A program made the translations under genes and the position numbers. The notes under the pieces are model-generated. The model was not told the DNA's origin and did no database searches. It worked only from the letters and a program-made list of their open reading frames with translations. A stretch of DNA of 51,014 nucleotides from Escherichia phage tiwna, in sequence record NC_054896.1; one strand, written 5' to 3'. How positions within the stretch are numbered: position 1 is the stretch's first letter; each line of letters opens with the position of its first letter. This document shows, one piece after another, positions 16,808 to 27,114 of this stretch.

Positions 16808-19489
16808 ATGGCTGAGAAATACGCTGGCCTAACGCTAGGCGTTGACGTGTCGCAGGTCAACAATGCTGTTAAATCATTGCAGCAATTCAAGAAGGCAAAC
16901 GACGACGCAAAAAAAAGCGTTAATGAATTTGTTGATTCTGAGGTTGTGGCGCGACAGCAAGCTAAACAGTTTGCCGAAGAACTGGCGCGCCAGAAAGCAG
17001 AATTTAAGAAAATCCAGGAGTCAATTGATCCCACCGCGTCAAAGATGGATAAGCTGCGAAAAGCAGCGACACAGCTTGATGCGCTATGGAAAAAGGGCGT
17101 TGTTCCTGATGAGACTTTTTTTGAGCTTGGGGCAATTCTTGAGACACAGCAAAACAAGCTGATCGCAACCAAAAAGGCGATGACAGAGGAAGGCCGCGCG
17201 GCGCTTGAGGAATCAAAGAACAAGGCGCGTGCAGCGGAAGAGGCTAAAAAATTCATCCAGGCTTTGCGTGAGCAGGAAGAAGCAGCCGGAAAAAGCAAGT
17301 CTGAATTGCTGGAAATGAAAGCGGCACAGCTTGGAGTTAGCCAGGAGGCGGCGCCTTACATCGCAAGACTGAAAGAGCAGGAAAAGCAGATCCAAAAACT
17401 TGGGATTTCTACAGGCCAATACAATCAAGCAATGAAGCTATTGCCAATGCAGATCACAGACGTGGTGACTTCACTTGCTTCTGGTATGCCCGTTTGGTTG
17501 GTAGCAATCCAGCAGGGTGGACAGATTAAGGATTCTTTTGGTGGCGCATCCAATGCTTTAAAAGCGTTGCTATCTTTCCTGAATCCGGTAAACGTGGCGT
17601 TTGGCTTGCTTTCCGGCACGCTGGCAATTGCTGCATATAATGCATACAAAACACAGACAGAGTTTGAGGCAATTAAAAAAACCGTTCAGGAAACAACTGG
17701 CTTGACTGGTGATTTTGCCGAAAAGATTGCTACCGGAATCCAGGAGCTTTCCGACAAGACAGGCGAAAGCGCCGAAGATCTGGCAAAGGCTTACATCACC
17801 ACGAAAGACGGCGCGAGCGAGGCGATTAAAAAACTGGTTGACGTTGGCATGACTTATGATGACGCAAAAAAGAAAGTCAACGAGTACAAAGGCGCATCTA
17901 GCTTTGTTGGCCTGAATAACGACATTGCAAACCACAAAAATAAAATCCTTGAGTTGGGCGAGTCGTGGTATGAAGTTTTGAAAGCGAAGCGTGATTACGC
18001 TTCCCCGTCCGGCGGCCTGTTAGGTAAAGAGCTTGGCTATGTTAATCCTATGCTTAAGTTTGCACTTAACACTTATGAAGACATTGGAAAGGTCGTAAAA
18101 GATGCGAATAAGGACATGGCGGAACGAGCGGAGCGAATCGACAAAGAAAACCTTGCCTTGAACAGAGTGAGAGCAGCGCAGGAGGCTTTAAACAAAGCCA
18201 TTGAGGATCAGAAGGGCGTGGCGCGTTCGGCTGATGAAGAACTGAAAAAGCGCGCGGCTGAAAACGTGGAGTTCAGACGCAAAGAGCTTGAGGAGATCAA
18301 GAAGCAGGAGCAGAAAAAGAAAGAGGCTAAAGGTGGAATAGTTCGCGGCCCTACTGAGCAGCTTGATAAAGAGTTGTACGTTTTAAAAGCGCAACTGGAA
18401 ACTCTTAAAGAGCATCGCACTGTTAACGATGTTATTTCTCGCCAGCGTAAATCTTTATGGAGCATCGAAAAGCAGATCGAGATCCTGGAGGGTGCGCAGA
18501 GCAAGCGTAAATTGACAGGAGCGGAACAGGCGCTACTAAACGAGCAAAAAGCCGTTCTTGAAATGGCAAGGCAAAAAGCGGAGCTAGGGGATCAGATTGT
18601 TTTGCAGGAGCGCAAAAACAAGCTGGAGCAAGATAGCATTAAGTTTATCCGTGAAACGCAGGCGGCTATTGATGTGCTTGGCCTTAAGCAACTTGGCTAC
18701 ACTGAAAAGCAGATCGAGCGTGAGCTAGAGTTACGCAAGCTGCGCACCGACTACGAGGCGCAAGGCGGAAGCGTTAGCGATGAAGTTTTTCAGCAAATGG
18801 AGGCGAAACTTAAGCAGTATTATCAGACACAGGATGAGGTTCAAGGCAACTGGTTGGCAGGAGCAAAAAACGCATGGGAGATGTTCGCGGAAGATGCAAA
18901 CAATGCCTATGGCAATGTTCAGCAGATCGCAAGCGAGGCGTTAAACGGCCTTACAAACCAATTAGCGAATTTTATCGCTACTGGCAAGGCAAACTTTAAA
19001 GACTTCTCGACGGCTATCATCAAAATGATTATTCAGATGATCACGAAAATGGTTGTCTTTAATGCGTTATCTGGCCTGATGGGTGGTCAAACCTGGACGA
19101 TGGGGAGCCTGCTTAAGAATATTGGCGGATTTGCTGGCGGTGGATACACTGGCGACGGCGGGAAGTATGAGCCAGCCGGAATTGTCCATAAAGGTGAATT
19201 TGTCATGACGAAGGAGGCGACGCAGCGTATCGGGGTAGGCAACTTGTACCGCATGATGCGAGGCTATGCTAACGGCGGCGTTGTTGGTAGTTCCGGCTAT
19301 ACTGGCGGTGGCGCTGTCACTGGTGGAGCACCTCAATTTAACATTGGTGGGATTGATGTTAGCATCAATAACGGCAGCGATCCGAAGGGCATCGAAACTG
19401 GCGTTAAGATGATCTTTACTGATATGATTAAACGTTCCTGTATGCAGGGCGGGGAGGTTTACGAATTTGTTATGAGCAAGCGAGGTTGA
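16808..19489 (+). CDS. tail tape measure protein
   Basis: 893 aa, extensive coiled-coil-like A/E/K/Q-rich sequence, Gly-rich C-terminus; strong RBS ggagg. Confidence 0.8.
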   Translation: MAEKYAGLTLGVDVSQVNNAVKSLQQFKKANDDAKKSVNEFVDSEVVARQQAKQFAEELARQKAEFKKIQESIDPTASKMDKLRKAATQLDALWKKGVVPDETFFELGAILETQQNKLIATKKAMTEEGRAALEESKNKARAAEEAKKFIQALREQEEAAGKSKSELLEMKAAQLGVSQEAAPYIARLKEQEKQIQKLGISTGQYNQAMKLLPMQITDVVTSLASGMPVWLVAIQQGGQIKDSFGGASNALKALLSFLNPVNVAFGLLSGTLAIAAYNAYKTQTEFEAIKKTVQETTGLTGDFAEKIATGIQELSDKTGESAEDLAKAYITTKDGASEAIKKLVDVGMTYDDAKKKVNEYKGASSFVGLNNDIANHKNKILELGESWYEVLKAKRDYASPSGGLLGKELGYVNPMLKFALNTYEDIGKVVKDANKDMAERAERIDKENLALNRVRAAQEALNKAIEDQKGVARSADEELKKRAAENVEFRRKELEEIKKQEQKKKEAKGGIVRGPTEQLDKELYVLKAQLETLKEHRTVNDVISRQRKSLWSIEKQIEILEGAQSKRKLTGAEQALLNEQKAVLEMARQKAELGDQIVLQERKNKLEQDSIKFIRETQAAIDVLGLKQLGYTEKQIERELELRKLRTDYEAQGGSVSDEVFQQMEAKLKQYYQTQDEVQGNWLAGAKNAWEMFAEDANNAYGNVQQIASEALNGLTNQLANFIATGKANFKDFSTAIIKMIIQMITKMVVFNALSGLMGGQTWTMGSLLKNIGGFAGGGYTGDGGKYEPAGIVHKGEFVMTKEATQRIGVGNLYRMMRGYANGGVVGSSGYTGGGAVTGGAPQFNIGGIDVSINNGSDPKGIETGVKMIFTDMIKRSCMQGGEVYEFVMSKRG

Positions 19490-19490
19490 T

Positions 19491-19842
19491 AATGAAGCTG
19501 GATCAGTTTAAGTGGTGTACGCAGGTTCAGAACGGCGGCGGGGCAATGACGTCATCGAATAACGATCGAGAGATTGCATTCGGTAACGGATACACACAGG
19601 TAGCATCTGGAGGTTTTAACACAATCCGGCGAGAGTTTAGCATTGTTTACGCTGGGCTTGATTACATAGATGTTGTCAAGTTCCTGAATGAGCACAGGCT
19701 AAAACCTTTCTTGTGGATCATGCCAGATGGAAGCCCTGGATTGTTTAGGGTGAAAAGCGGTAGCGTCGGGCTTACCCCATTGTCGCCAACCGTTCAGGAA
19801 GTAAAAGCCACTTTTACGGAACAATTTACATCAATGCAGTAA
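19491..19842 (+). CDS. minor tail protein (lambda M-like)
   Basis: About 117 aa immediately after the tape measure gene; lambda-like tail tip gene order. Confidence 0.5.
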
Positions 19843-19846
19843 TTTA

Positions 19847-19871
19847 AAGCCGCCTTTGTGCGGCTTTTTTC
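19847..19871 (+). terminator. rho-independent terminator
   Basis: Hairpin aagccgcctttgtgcggctt followed by a T-run. Confidence 0.65.
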
Positions 19872-19904
19872 TTGATGTTACAATGAGCAAAAAGGAGGTA
19901 GAAA

Positions 19905-20666
19905 ATGGCTAATAAAGAATCAGGTAGAGTTGAATTTGAGAACTGCCTACAAAGTTTGTACCCAGGCGAGATTATAACGCTTGTAGAGATTGACGGGACG
20001 AAGTTCGGGGCAAATATTTACCGATTTCACAATGAGAACATCTCTTATACTGCCGAAGAATTAATGCAAGCTCAGCAAACCGGAATCTTGCCGCCGAAAG
20101 ATATTATTTTCCAGGGTGAGGTTTACGGAGCGCGGCCTTTCGGTGTGAGCGGGATTAACTTCACAAGTAACGGCAGGGCAGATAAGCCTCAGCTTATAGT
20201 GTCAAACCTTGACAGCAGGGTTAGCGCCATGATCAGAAATTACAATGGCATGATGCAAGCAAAGGTGACTTTCTGGATTACGGCAAAGGAATTTATAGGA
20301 GAAGGCGGAGCAATCAAAGATGGCGCTTACAGAAAATTGGTTTATTACATTGAGCGCCCAAGCCAGTATAATAGAGAGGTGGCGAAATTTGATCTGACAT
20401 CGCCTTACGATATGGATGGATTAATGATCCCGCCGCGCATCACTCAAAGCGTTTGCTATTGGGCGCAAAGGGGGTGGTACAGGAGCGGAAAGGGTTGCTC
20501 TTATAACGGATCGGCAATGTTCGATAAAGACAATAAGCCAGTAACAGATCCATCACAAGACTATTGCGCCGGAACTGTAACGGCTTGCAAATTGAGGTTC
20601 GGTCAGCAAAACGAATTGGATTTCGGCGGTTGCGCGGTTGCTTCACTGCTACGGAGGAATCAATAA
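19905..20666 (+). CDS. minor tail protein (lambda L-like)
   Basis: 253 aa; C-terminal Cys cluster CYWAQ...GCSYNG...YCAG...ACK; strong RBS aaggagg. Confidence 0.6.
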   Translation: MANKESGRVEFENCLQSLYPGEIITLVEIDGTKFGANIYRFHNENISYTAEELMQAQQTGILPPKDIIFQGEVYGARPFGVSGINFTSNGRADKPQLIVSNLDSRVSAMIRNYNGMMQAKVTFWITAKEFIGEGGAIKDGAYRKLVYYIERPSQYNREVAKFDLTSPYDMDGLMIPPRITQSVCYWAQRGWYRSGKGCSYNGSAMFDKDNKPVTDPSQDYCAGTVTACKLRFGQQNELDFGGCAVASLLRRNQ

Positions 20667-21397
20667 TGATTAGTGCAAAAATTAAACTTGAAATAATGCA
20701 GCACGTTAAAGAGGAATACCCTAAAGAGGCTTGCGGCGTCATAACTCAAAAGTCACGGGTACAGAAATATCACCGCATAACCAACGTGCATGACGATCCA
20801 GAAAATCATTTTGAAATGGACGCTGTAGAATACGCTGAATCGCTCGACAAAGGCGAATTAATCGCGGTGGTGCATTCCCATTGCGGGGATGGTGCTAGTA
20901 CGATACCGAGCGCGCACGACTCATGTATGTGCGATGAAATGGGTGTGTCGTGGATTATAGTTTCATGGCCCGAAGGTGATATGAGAATTGTCGAGCCGCA
21001 GGAGAGGCCGCTTATCGGTCGCCCGTGGTCGCTTGGGTCGTTCGATTGCTGGGGTCTTATCATGGCGTGGCATAAACAGCACGGAATAGTATTGAATGAC
21101 TTCCGAAAGCCTTACGAGTGGTGGAAGTCAGAATATGGTGAAAATCTTTACCATGATAATTATTTGAAAGAGGGATTTGTTGAAACTAACGAGCCTCCAA
21201 AACCTGGTGATATGGTGATTATGCAGCTATCATCGCCAGTCTGGAATCATGCGGGGATTTATTTGGGTAACAATCAGCTATTACATCATGCGTTTGGAAA
21301 GCTATCTCGCATTGACTTGTATTCTGGATGGTATCAGGAGCACACTGTAAAAATTTGCCGACATAAGGATCTGAAATATGACATTGAAAGTAATTAA
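20666..21397 (+). CDS. tail tip assembly protein (lambda K-like; JAB/MPN plus NlpC/P60 domains)
   Basis: HSHCGDG...SAHD (JAMM-like) and CWGLIMAWHKQ (NlpC/P60 Cys); ATG 20666 overlaps the L stop; the track ORF at 20564 is an upstream extension. Confidence 0.65.
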   Translation: MISAKIKLEIMQHVKEEYPKEACGVITQKSRVQKYHRITNVHDDPENHFEMDAVEYAESLDKGELIAVVHSHCGDGASTIPSAHDSCMCDEMGVSWIIVSWPEGDMRIVEPQERPLIGRPWSLGSFDCWGLIMAWHKQHGIVLNDFRKPYEWWKSEYGENLYHDNYLKEGFVETNEPPKPGDMVIMQLSSPVWNHAGIYLGNNQLLHHAFGKLSRIDLYSGWYQEHTVKICRHKDLKYDIESN

Positions 21398-21974
21398 GCT
21401 ATCTGGTTCCCTGGGGCGTAGATTTGGCGTCTTTCACAAAATGGCGGTTGACTCATACCCCGAAGCAATACGCGCGCTATCTTCCCAGGTTGAAGGGTTC
21501 AAAGACTACATGCAAAGCGAAGTAGGATCGCGCATGAAGTATGCTGTATTCGTTGACGGTAAAAACGTTGGTCAGCATGATGAAAAATCATGGAAGTGCG
21601 CGCGAGAGGTTAGAATAATTCCCGTTCCAACTGGTTCTAAGTCCGGCGGCCTGTTCAATGTTGTTTTTGGCGCTGTAATTATGGCTACTGCGTTCATTAC
21701 TGGTGGTGCAAGCCTTGCGGCTATGGGCGCTTTTGCATCTTCCGCATTTATGATGGGTGGTGCTATCGCGCTGGGCGGTGTCATGCAAATGATTTCGCCG
21801 CAGCAGGGCGGAATGAAACTGCAAAGCCAATCAGCAGAAAACAGGCCTTCTTACGCTTTCGGCGGTGCAGTAAATACCACGGCGGCAGGTTATCCGGTTC
21901 CTTTGCCATATGGATATAGGACGGTAGGCGGCGCGATCTGGTCGGCTGGCAGCTACGCAGAAGATAAAGCATAA
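21378..21974 (+). CDS. tail assembly protein (lambda I-like)
   Basis: About 198 aa with a Gly/Ala-rich hydrophobic C-terminal half; position between K-like and J-like genes. Confidence 0.55.
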   Translation: MTLKVIKLSGSLGRRFGVFHKMAVDSYPEAIRALSSQVEGFKDYMQSEVGSRMKYAVFVDGKNVGQHDEKSWKCAREVRIIPVPTGSKSGGLFNVVFGAVIMATAFITGGASLAAMGAFASSAFMMGGAIALGGVMQMISPQQGGMKLQSQSAENRPSYAFGGAVNTTAAGYPVPLPYGYRTVGGAIWSAGSYAEDKA

Positions 21975-21980
21975 AAAAAT

Positions 21981-22004
21981 ACCCGCCTTGCGCGGGTTTT
22001 TTTG
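21981..22004 (+). terminator. rho-independent terminator
   Basis: Hairpin acccgccttgcgcgggt followed by T7. Confidence 0.7.
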
Positions 22005-22052
22005 TGCCTTTATAATGTGCAAACCAAGAAACAGCACAAAAGGTTAAAAGTC

Positions 22053-25000
22053 ATGGCTAAATATATGATAAGCGGCAGTAAGGGAGGCGGTCAAAAGCCC
22101 TACGTGCCAAAAGAGATGGAAGATAACCTGATCTCGATAAACAAGATTAAAGTTTTGCTGGCTGTATCTGATGGCGAGTGCGATCCAGATTTTACGTTGC
22201 GTGATCTTTATCTTGATGATGTTCCGGTTATTGCCAGCGATGGCACTGTTAACTACGAGGGAGTTACGGCTGAATATCGACCAGGTACGCAGACGCAAGA
22301 TTACATCCAGGGTTTTACTGACACATCAAGTGAGGTTACAGTTGCCAGAGATATTACCGGAGACAATCCTTATGTTATTTCTGTTACAAATAAAAACCTA
22401 TCTGCGGTAAGAATAAAGATCCTGATGCCAGTAGGCATTAAAACAGAGGATAATGGCGATCTTGTTGGCGTAAGGGTTGAGTATGCCGTAGATATGGCTG
22501 TTGATGGCGGTTCTTATAGCGAGGTTATGAGAGATGTAATTGACGGCAAGACAAGATCAGGATACGACCGCAGCAGAAGGATTGATCTTCCTAAGTTTGA
22601 TGAGCGCGTTTTAATCAGGGTTAAGCGACTTACTCCAGACAGCACATCTTCAAAGGTGACTGATAAAATCAAACTGCAAAGTTACGCTGAGGTTGTGGAT
22701 GCAAAATTCCGTTATCCTCTGACTGGCCTTGTATTTGTAGAATTTGACAGCGAATTGTTTCCTACACAAATCCCTAACATTTCTATAAAAAAGAAATGGA
22801 AGATTATTAATGTGCCAAGCAACTATGATCCAATATCAAGAGAATATCACGGGTCATGGGATGGGACTTTTAAGAAAGCGTGGTCAAATAATCCTGCATG
22901 GGTTCTTTATGATCTGGTGACGAATCAGCGTTATGGGCTTGACCAGCGAGAGTTAGGGATACAGATCGACAAGTGGAGCTTATACGAGGCAGGCGTTTAC
23001 TGTGATCAGAAAGTTCCAGACGGTAAGGGCGGTACAGAGCCTCGCTACCTATGCGATGTGGTGATTCAGAATCAAGTTGAGGCTTATCAGCTAATCCGTG
23101 ACATTTGCTCAATCTTTCGCGGAATGAGCTTTTGGAATGGTGAGAGCTTATCAATCGTGATTGATAAGCCGCGCGATCCATCATACGTGTTTACTAATGA
23201 AAACGTCATCAACGGTGATTTTCAGTACACAACCGCAAGCGAAAAAAGCATGTACACGCAATGTAATGTGACGTTTGACGACGAACAAAACATGTATCAA
23301 CAGGACGTCGAGGGGGTTTTTGATACTGAGGCGGCATTACGATTTGGATACAATCCAACAAGCATTACAGCGATCGGGTGTACACGCAGGAGCGAAGCGA
23401 ATCGTCGAGGTCGGTGGGTTTTGAAAACAAACCTTAGAAGCACTACTGTAAACTTTGCTACTGGACTGGAGGGGATGATTCCATCCATAGGTGATGTGAT
23501 TGCTATCGCTGATAATTTTCAGAGCAGCAATCTAACGTTAAATCTTTCGGGCCGAGTAATGGAAGTTTCAGGCTTGCAAGTTTTCGTTCCGTTTAAAGTT
23601 GATGCGCGTCCTGGTGATTTTATTATCATCAATAAGCCGGACGGCAAGCCAGTTAAGCGAACGATCTCAAAGGTGAGCGCGGACGGAAAAACCATTGAGT
23701 TAAATATTGGCTTTGGTTTTGATGTTAAGCCAGACACTGTTTTTGCGATTGACCGTACTGACCTTGCGTTGCAGCAATACGTTGTGACCACTATCAGCAA
23801 GGGAGATGACGAAAACGAGTTTACCTATTCAATCACGGCTGTGGAGTACGATCCGAACAAATACGACGAGATTGATTATGGCGTAAACATTGATGACAGG
23901 CCTACTTCAATTGTTCAGCCTGACGTGATGGCAGCGCCGGAGAATGTTCAGATCTCATCTTATTCTCGCGTCGTGCAGGGTGTTAGCGTTGAAACTATGG
24001 TTGTTTCATGGGATAAGATTCCTTACGCATCGCTTTATGAAATGCAGTGGCGAAAAGGTGATGGTAACTGGCTGAATACGCCGCAGACCGCTAACAAAGA
24101 GATAGAGGTAGAAGGAATTTATTCAGGCAACTACCAAGTAAGGGTGAGATCCGTTTCTGCAAGCGGTAACACTTCCCCGTGGTCAAAGATTGCAACAGCT
24201 ACCCTGACAGGTAAAGTTGGCGAGCCAGGAGCGCCGATTAATCTTACAGCTTCTGATAATGAAGTTTTTGGCATTCGTGTCAAATGGGGCATGCCGGAAG
24301 GATCTGGCGATACGGCTTACATTGAGCTTCACCAATCGCCAGATGGAACGGTGGAAAACTCAAGTTTGCTTACGCTGATTCCATATCCTCAATATGAGTA
24401 TTGGCATAGCACGTTACCAGCGGGTAAAGTTGTATGGTATAGAATCCGTAGCGTTGACAGGATCGGCAACGTTTCAGGCTGGACTGACTTTGTTCGTGGC
24501 ATGGCGTCAGATGATGTTGAATCTGTTTTAGGCGACATTCTTGACAAGATTTTTGATACCGAAGCTGGTCAAGAAATCAAAGAGAACGCCATAGACAGTG
24601 CCAACAAAATCAAAGACCAGGCGCAATCAATCATCCAGAACGCATTGGCAAATGATTCTGATGTTAGAGTTATGAGAAAGGAGAATGGGAAACGGAAAGC
24701 TGAATTTAGGCAATCTATACAGATGATTACTGATGAAACAGAGGCAAGGGTAACAGCGTTAACGCAATTAAAAGCAGAATTTGATGAGGAGATAACTAGC
24801 GAAGTAACAAGACTTGATCAGGCGATCGCAACAGAATCAGAAACGCGAGCAACAGCTATAGAGGAATTAAAATCACAGATTGGTGATGATATTCAGGGGC
24901 AGTTAACGAGAGTTGAGGAAGCGATTGCAAGCGAAACAGAAGCGCGCGTTTCTGCCGATACTGCATTAACGGCAAAGTTTGGTGATCTTGAGTCAGCACT

Positions 25001-25478
25001 TACTGAAAAACTTGATTCATGGGCTGGCGTTGATTCCGTTGGTGCTCAATATTCAATGAAGCTGGGCCTAACCTATAACGGTCAGCAGTACAGCGCCGGA
25101 ATGGTTATGCAGTTAACGCAATCACCGCAAGGATTAATATCACAGATTCTGTTTGACGCTAACAGATTCGCGATCATGACAAGTTCTAGCGGCGGGGTAT
25201 ATACGCTTCCTTTCGTGGTTGAGAATAACCAGGTTTTCATCAATAGCTTACTTGTGAAAGATGGTTCAATAACTAATGCTATGATTGGAAACTTTATTCA
25301 GTCAAACAATTTTGTTCAAAATCAGCAAGGTTGGAGGCTTGATAAAAACGGAATATTTGAAAACTACGGGTCAACTCCAGGAGAGGGAGCTACTAAATTC
25401 ACCAACGAAGGATTGAAGGTAAAAGATGCAAACGGAGTATTGAGGGTTGAAGTCGGAAGGATTACCGGAAGCTGGTAA
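22053..25478 (+). CDS. tail tip / host specificity protein (lambda J-like)
   Basis: About 1141 aa, position after K/I-like genes, coiled-coil segment near the C-terminus; true ATG at 22053 lies after the terminator, so the track start at 22002 is rejected. Confidence 0.75.
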   Translation: MAKYMISGSKGGGQKPYVPKEMEDNLISINKIKVLLAVSDGECDPDFTLRDLYLDDVPVIASDGTVNYEGVTAEYRPGTQTQDYIQGFTDTSSEVTVARDITGDNPYVISVTNKNLSAVRIKILMPVGIKTEDNGDLVGVRVEYAVDMAVDGGSYSEVMRDVIDGKTRSGYDRSRRIDLPKFDERVLIRVKRLTPDSTSSKVTDKIKLQSYAEVVDAKFRYPLTGLVFVEFDSELFPTQIPNISIKKKWKIINVPSNYDPISREYHGSWDGTFKKAWSNNPAWVLYDLVTNQRYGLDQRELGIQIDKWSLYEAGVYCDQKVPDGKGGTEPRYLCDVVIQNQVEAYQLIRDICSIFRGMSFWNGESLSIVIDKPRDPSYVFTNENVINGDFQYTTASEKSMYTQCNVTFDDEQNMYQQDVEGVFDTEAALRFGYNPTSITAIGCTRRSEANRRGRWVLKTNLRSTTVNFATGLEGMIPSIGDVIAIADNFQSSNLTLNLSGRVMEVSGLQVFVPFKVDARPGDFIIINKPDGKPVKRTISKVSADGKTIELNIGFGFDVKPDTVFAIDRTDLALQQYVVTTISKGDDENEFTYSITAVEYDPNKYDEIDYGVNIDDRPTSIVQPDVMAAPENVQISSYSRVVQGVSVETMVVSWDKIPYASLYEMQWRKGDGNWLNTPQTANKEIEVEGIYSGNYQVRVRSVSASGNTSPWSKIATATLTGKVGEPGAPINLTASDNEVFGIRVKWGMPEGSGDTAYIELHQSPDGTVENSSLLTLIPYPQYEYWHSTLPAGKVVWYRIRSVDRIGNVSGWTDFVRGMASDDVESVLGDILDKIFDTEAGQEIKENAIDSANKIKDQAQSIIQNALANDSDVRVMRKENGKRKAEFRQSIQMITDETEARVTALTQLKAEFDEEITSEVTRLDQAIATESETRATAIEELKSQIGDDIQGQLTRVEEAIASETEARVSADTALTAKFGDLESALTEKLDSWAGVDSVGAQYSMKLGLTYNGQQYSAGMVMQLTQSPQGLISQILFDANRFAIMTSSSGGVYTLPFVVENNQVFINSLLVKDGSITNAMIGNFIQSNNFVQNQQGWRLDKNGIFENYGSTPGEGATKFTNEGLKVKDANGVLRVEVGRITGSW

Positions 25479-25508
25479 AAAAAAGGGGGCATAGCCCCCT
25501 TTAATTTT
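25476..25508. terminator. bidirectional terminator between J (+) and the leftward cassette (-)
   Basis: Hairpin agggggcatagccccct flanked by an A-run and a T-rich stretch. Confidence 0.6.
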
Positions 25509-26121
25509 AATCATAGTGTGATGCATTTATAACCAAAACAGATGAGGCGGTGTAAATACCAACAGGTCCAGGGGTTTGTGCAACCTGCCTGGAAAAAGAG
25601 TAGATCCCGTTACCATACGCGGCAGCTTGAGACTCAAAAATCATAAATCCACCTAAAGCCGGATTAGGTACAGAGTTTAACGCTGTTAGTGATGGCATTA
25701 TTGCGCAAGGGTAGCCCAGGTTAACATCAAACGCGATCCCGCTCACACCAACTTGCTTTGCATCAAGCGGCCTCATTTTTCCATGATAAACCATTTCACC
25801 ATGAGCGTTATAAAACGCTATGCCGTGACTACCTGGAGGAGTCACCATGTTACTAAAAGCATAAACAATAACCTCCCCTTGATTATCAGATCTATCAATT
25901 CTTATTGCGTGCCTTCCACCATTGTTAAATTGCGTAAATGATATGTATGATTTAGCAGTCAATCTAACAAAGAAAAAACATACCCTATCAACAGGAATTG
26001 ACGAAGTAAAAACGGTTCCGGTATTAGCAGATATTACGGCCCGATCAATTAGATTAACTGGAGTGAAATCTGGACTTAACCATAACGATCCGTCTGATTT
26101 TTTTATACTCATCCCGTACAT
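25507..26121 (-). CDS. hypothetical Gly-rich protein (204 aa)
   Basis: GGGGG RBS before ATG 26121; shares a short motif (G.A.Y...G.E.V) with the upstream 92-aa gene. Confidence 0.5.
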   Translation of the reverse strand: MYGMSIKKSDGSLWLSPDFTPVNLIDRAVISANTGTVFTSSIPVDRVCFFFVRLTAKSYISFTQFNNGGRHAIRIDRSDNQGEVIVYAFSNMVTPPGSHGIAFYNAHGEMVYHGKMRPLDAKQVGVSGIAFDVNLGYPCAIMPSLTALNSVPNPALGGFMIFESQAAAYGNGIYSFSRQVAQTPGPVGIYTASSVLVINASHYD

Positions 26122-26123
26122 TA

Positions 26124-26402
26124 TCACCCCCAAAAAGTATATATATATCTTGAATCAGATCCAGAAAGCCCACTCCATGTAACGGTGTCGCCACTTACCC
26201 CTAAGTTTGGTGCTCCAGGGTCGCCACCACGCCAGGAATTCATGCCAACATATATTGCTTTCAATGATTTACCTGGCGGCCTGTTTTGGTAAGTCTTGCT
26301 ACCTGATGGCTGAGTGAATTTATCAAGGAAGAAAACAGGCGTTAAAAGTCCTGTAACTTCCCTTCCTCGATCGTCATATATTGCATAACCATATTGCGCC
26401 AT
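26124..26402 (-). CDS. hypothetical protein (92 aa)
   Basis: GAGGTG RBS; TAATG overlap with the lipoprotein gene. Confidence 0.5.
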   Translation of the reverse strand: MAQYGYAIYDDRGREVTGLLTPVFFLDKFTQPSGSKTYQNRPPGKSLKAIYVGMNSWRGGDPGAPNLGVSGDTVTWSGLSGSDSRYIYTFWG

Positions 26403-26671
26403 TAATTACACCTCAAATCAATAAATTTACTTTCATTTTGCCAACGGTTGATAAATTTAACTTCTTTATTGTCAACGCTCAACCTGTATTGCTTTTGGCT
26501 GAATCTGTTTTCGCGTACTGCATTAATTTTAACTTCATGGAATCCGTTAACAGGGAATGTTTTAACGTTAAATTTTGCCGTGCAGTCGATCTCATTGAAG
26601 TTGCCAGTAGGAGACGCTGCGCACCCGGTCAGAGCGGCTACGGTGGCGATAACTGCGATTATTTTTTTCAT
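26402..26671 (-). CDS. small lipoprotein, candidate Cor-like superinfection-exclusion protein
   Basis: Signal peptide with lipobox LTGC (MKKIIAVIATVAALTGC); AGGAG RBS; located downstream of the tail tip genes. Confidence 0.5.
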   Translation of the reverse strand: MKKIIAVIATVAALTGCAASPTGNFNEIDCTAKFNVKTFPVNGFHEVKINAVRENRFSQKQYRLSVDNKEVKFINRWQNESKFIDLRCN

Positions 26672-26727
26672 CTTCAATACTCCTTAGTTGTCGTTGTCTG
26701 TAACTATACACGATCCGACAAGCGGCG

Positions 26728-26744
26728 TTTAGCAAAAAGTGCTA
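26728..26744 (-). promoter_or_regulatory. conserved palindromic box (minus orientation) with -10 at 26703-26708
   Basis: TAGCACTTTTTGCTAAA on the minus strand, 19 bp from TATAGT, upstream of the lipoprotein operon. Confidence 0.5.
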
Positions 26745-26854
26745 CTTGTTATTTTTTGTTTTTCGGTGTTATCGAATTTAAGACGGCGTAAATTTAGCGC
26801 AAATTTTAGCCAACATAAGGGCAATAAACAATCAATAAAATAGATATATACATA

Positions 26855-27060
26855 TAAAATCAATAGTTTATTTATTTATGTATGTATATTTGTTTTTTCT
26901 TGTTATCTGTGTTTCTTGTGGTTTTGGTTGTTTGTGGTGATTTTTCTTTCTGAGTATCTGTATGTGCCATCATTCATGTGTATGTATATAATCCGGCGTA
27001 TCTGAGAGAACAAGGGAACAAGAAAAATAACACATATTAATCATTGACTTACGTTTCAAA
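26855..27060. repeat. GT-rich strand-biased noncoding region A, homologous to 47395-47660
   Basis: Shared blocks ttatttatttat, ttgttatct, gtatctgtatgtg and gggaacaagaaaaa; top strand almost devoid of C over about 80 bp. Confidence 0.5.
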
Positions 27061-27114
27061 TTTGTTTTATTGCAATCTAAGAACGTTTAGAAAACAGAAA
27101 AAACAAAACAACTA

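Noticed and set aside
16750-17298. 182-aa minus-strand ORF, and many similar antisense ORFs (e.g. 1395..1601, 1851..2219, 5714..6154, 6087..6401, 17004..17935, 22870..23800)
   Set aside because: They lie entirely inside well-supported plus-strand genes (tape measure, kinase, terS/terL, J), lack RBS and promoter context, and have low-complexity composition typical of antisense frames.
22002-22052. Upstream extensions of the J-like (22002) and K-like (20564) ORFs in the track
   Set aside because: These use non-ATG starts and run through a terminator hairpin (J) or the coding region of the preceding gene (K); ATGs at 22053 and 20666 fit the gene packing.
26880-26966. Possible CRISPR array or tandem-repeat array in the GT-rich tracts
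   Set aside because: No regularly spaced direct repeats with unique spacers; the tracts are compositionally biased and irregular, and no cas genes are present.
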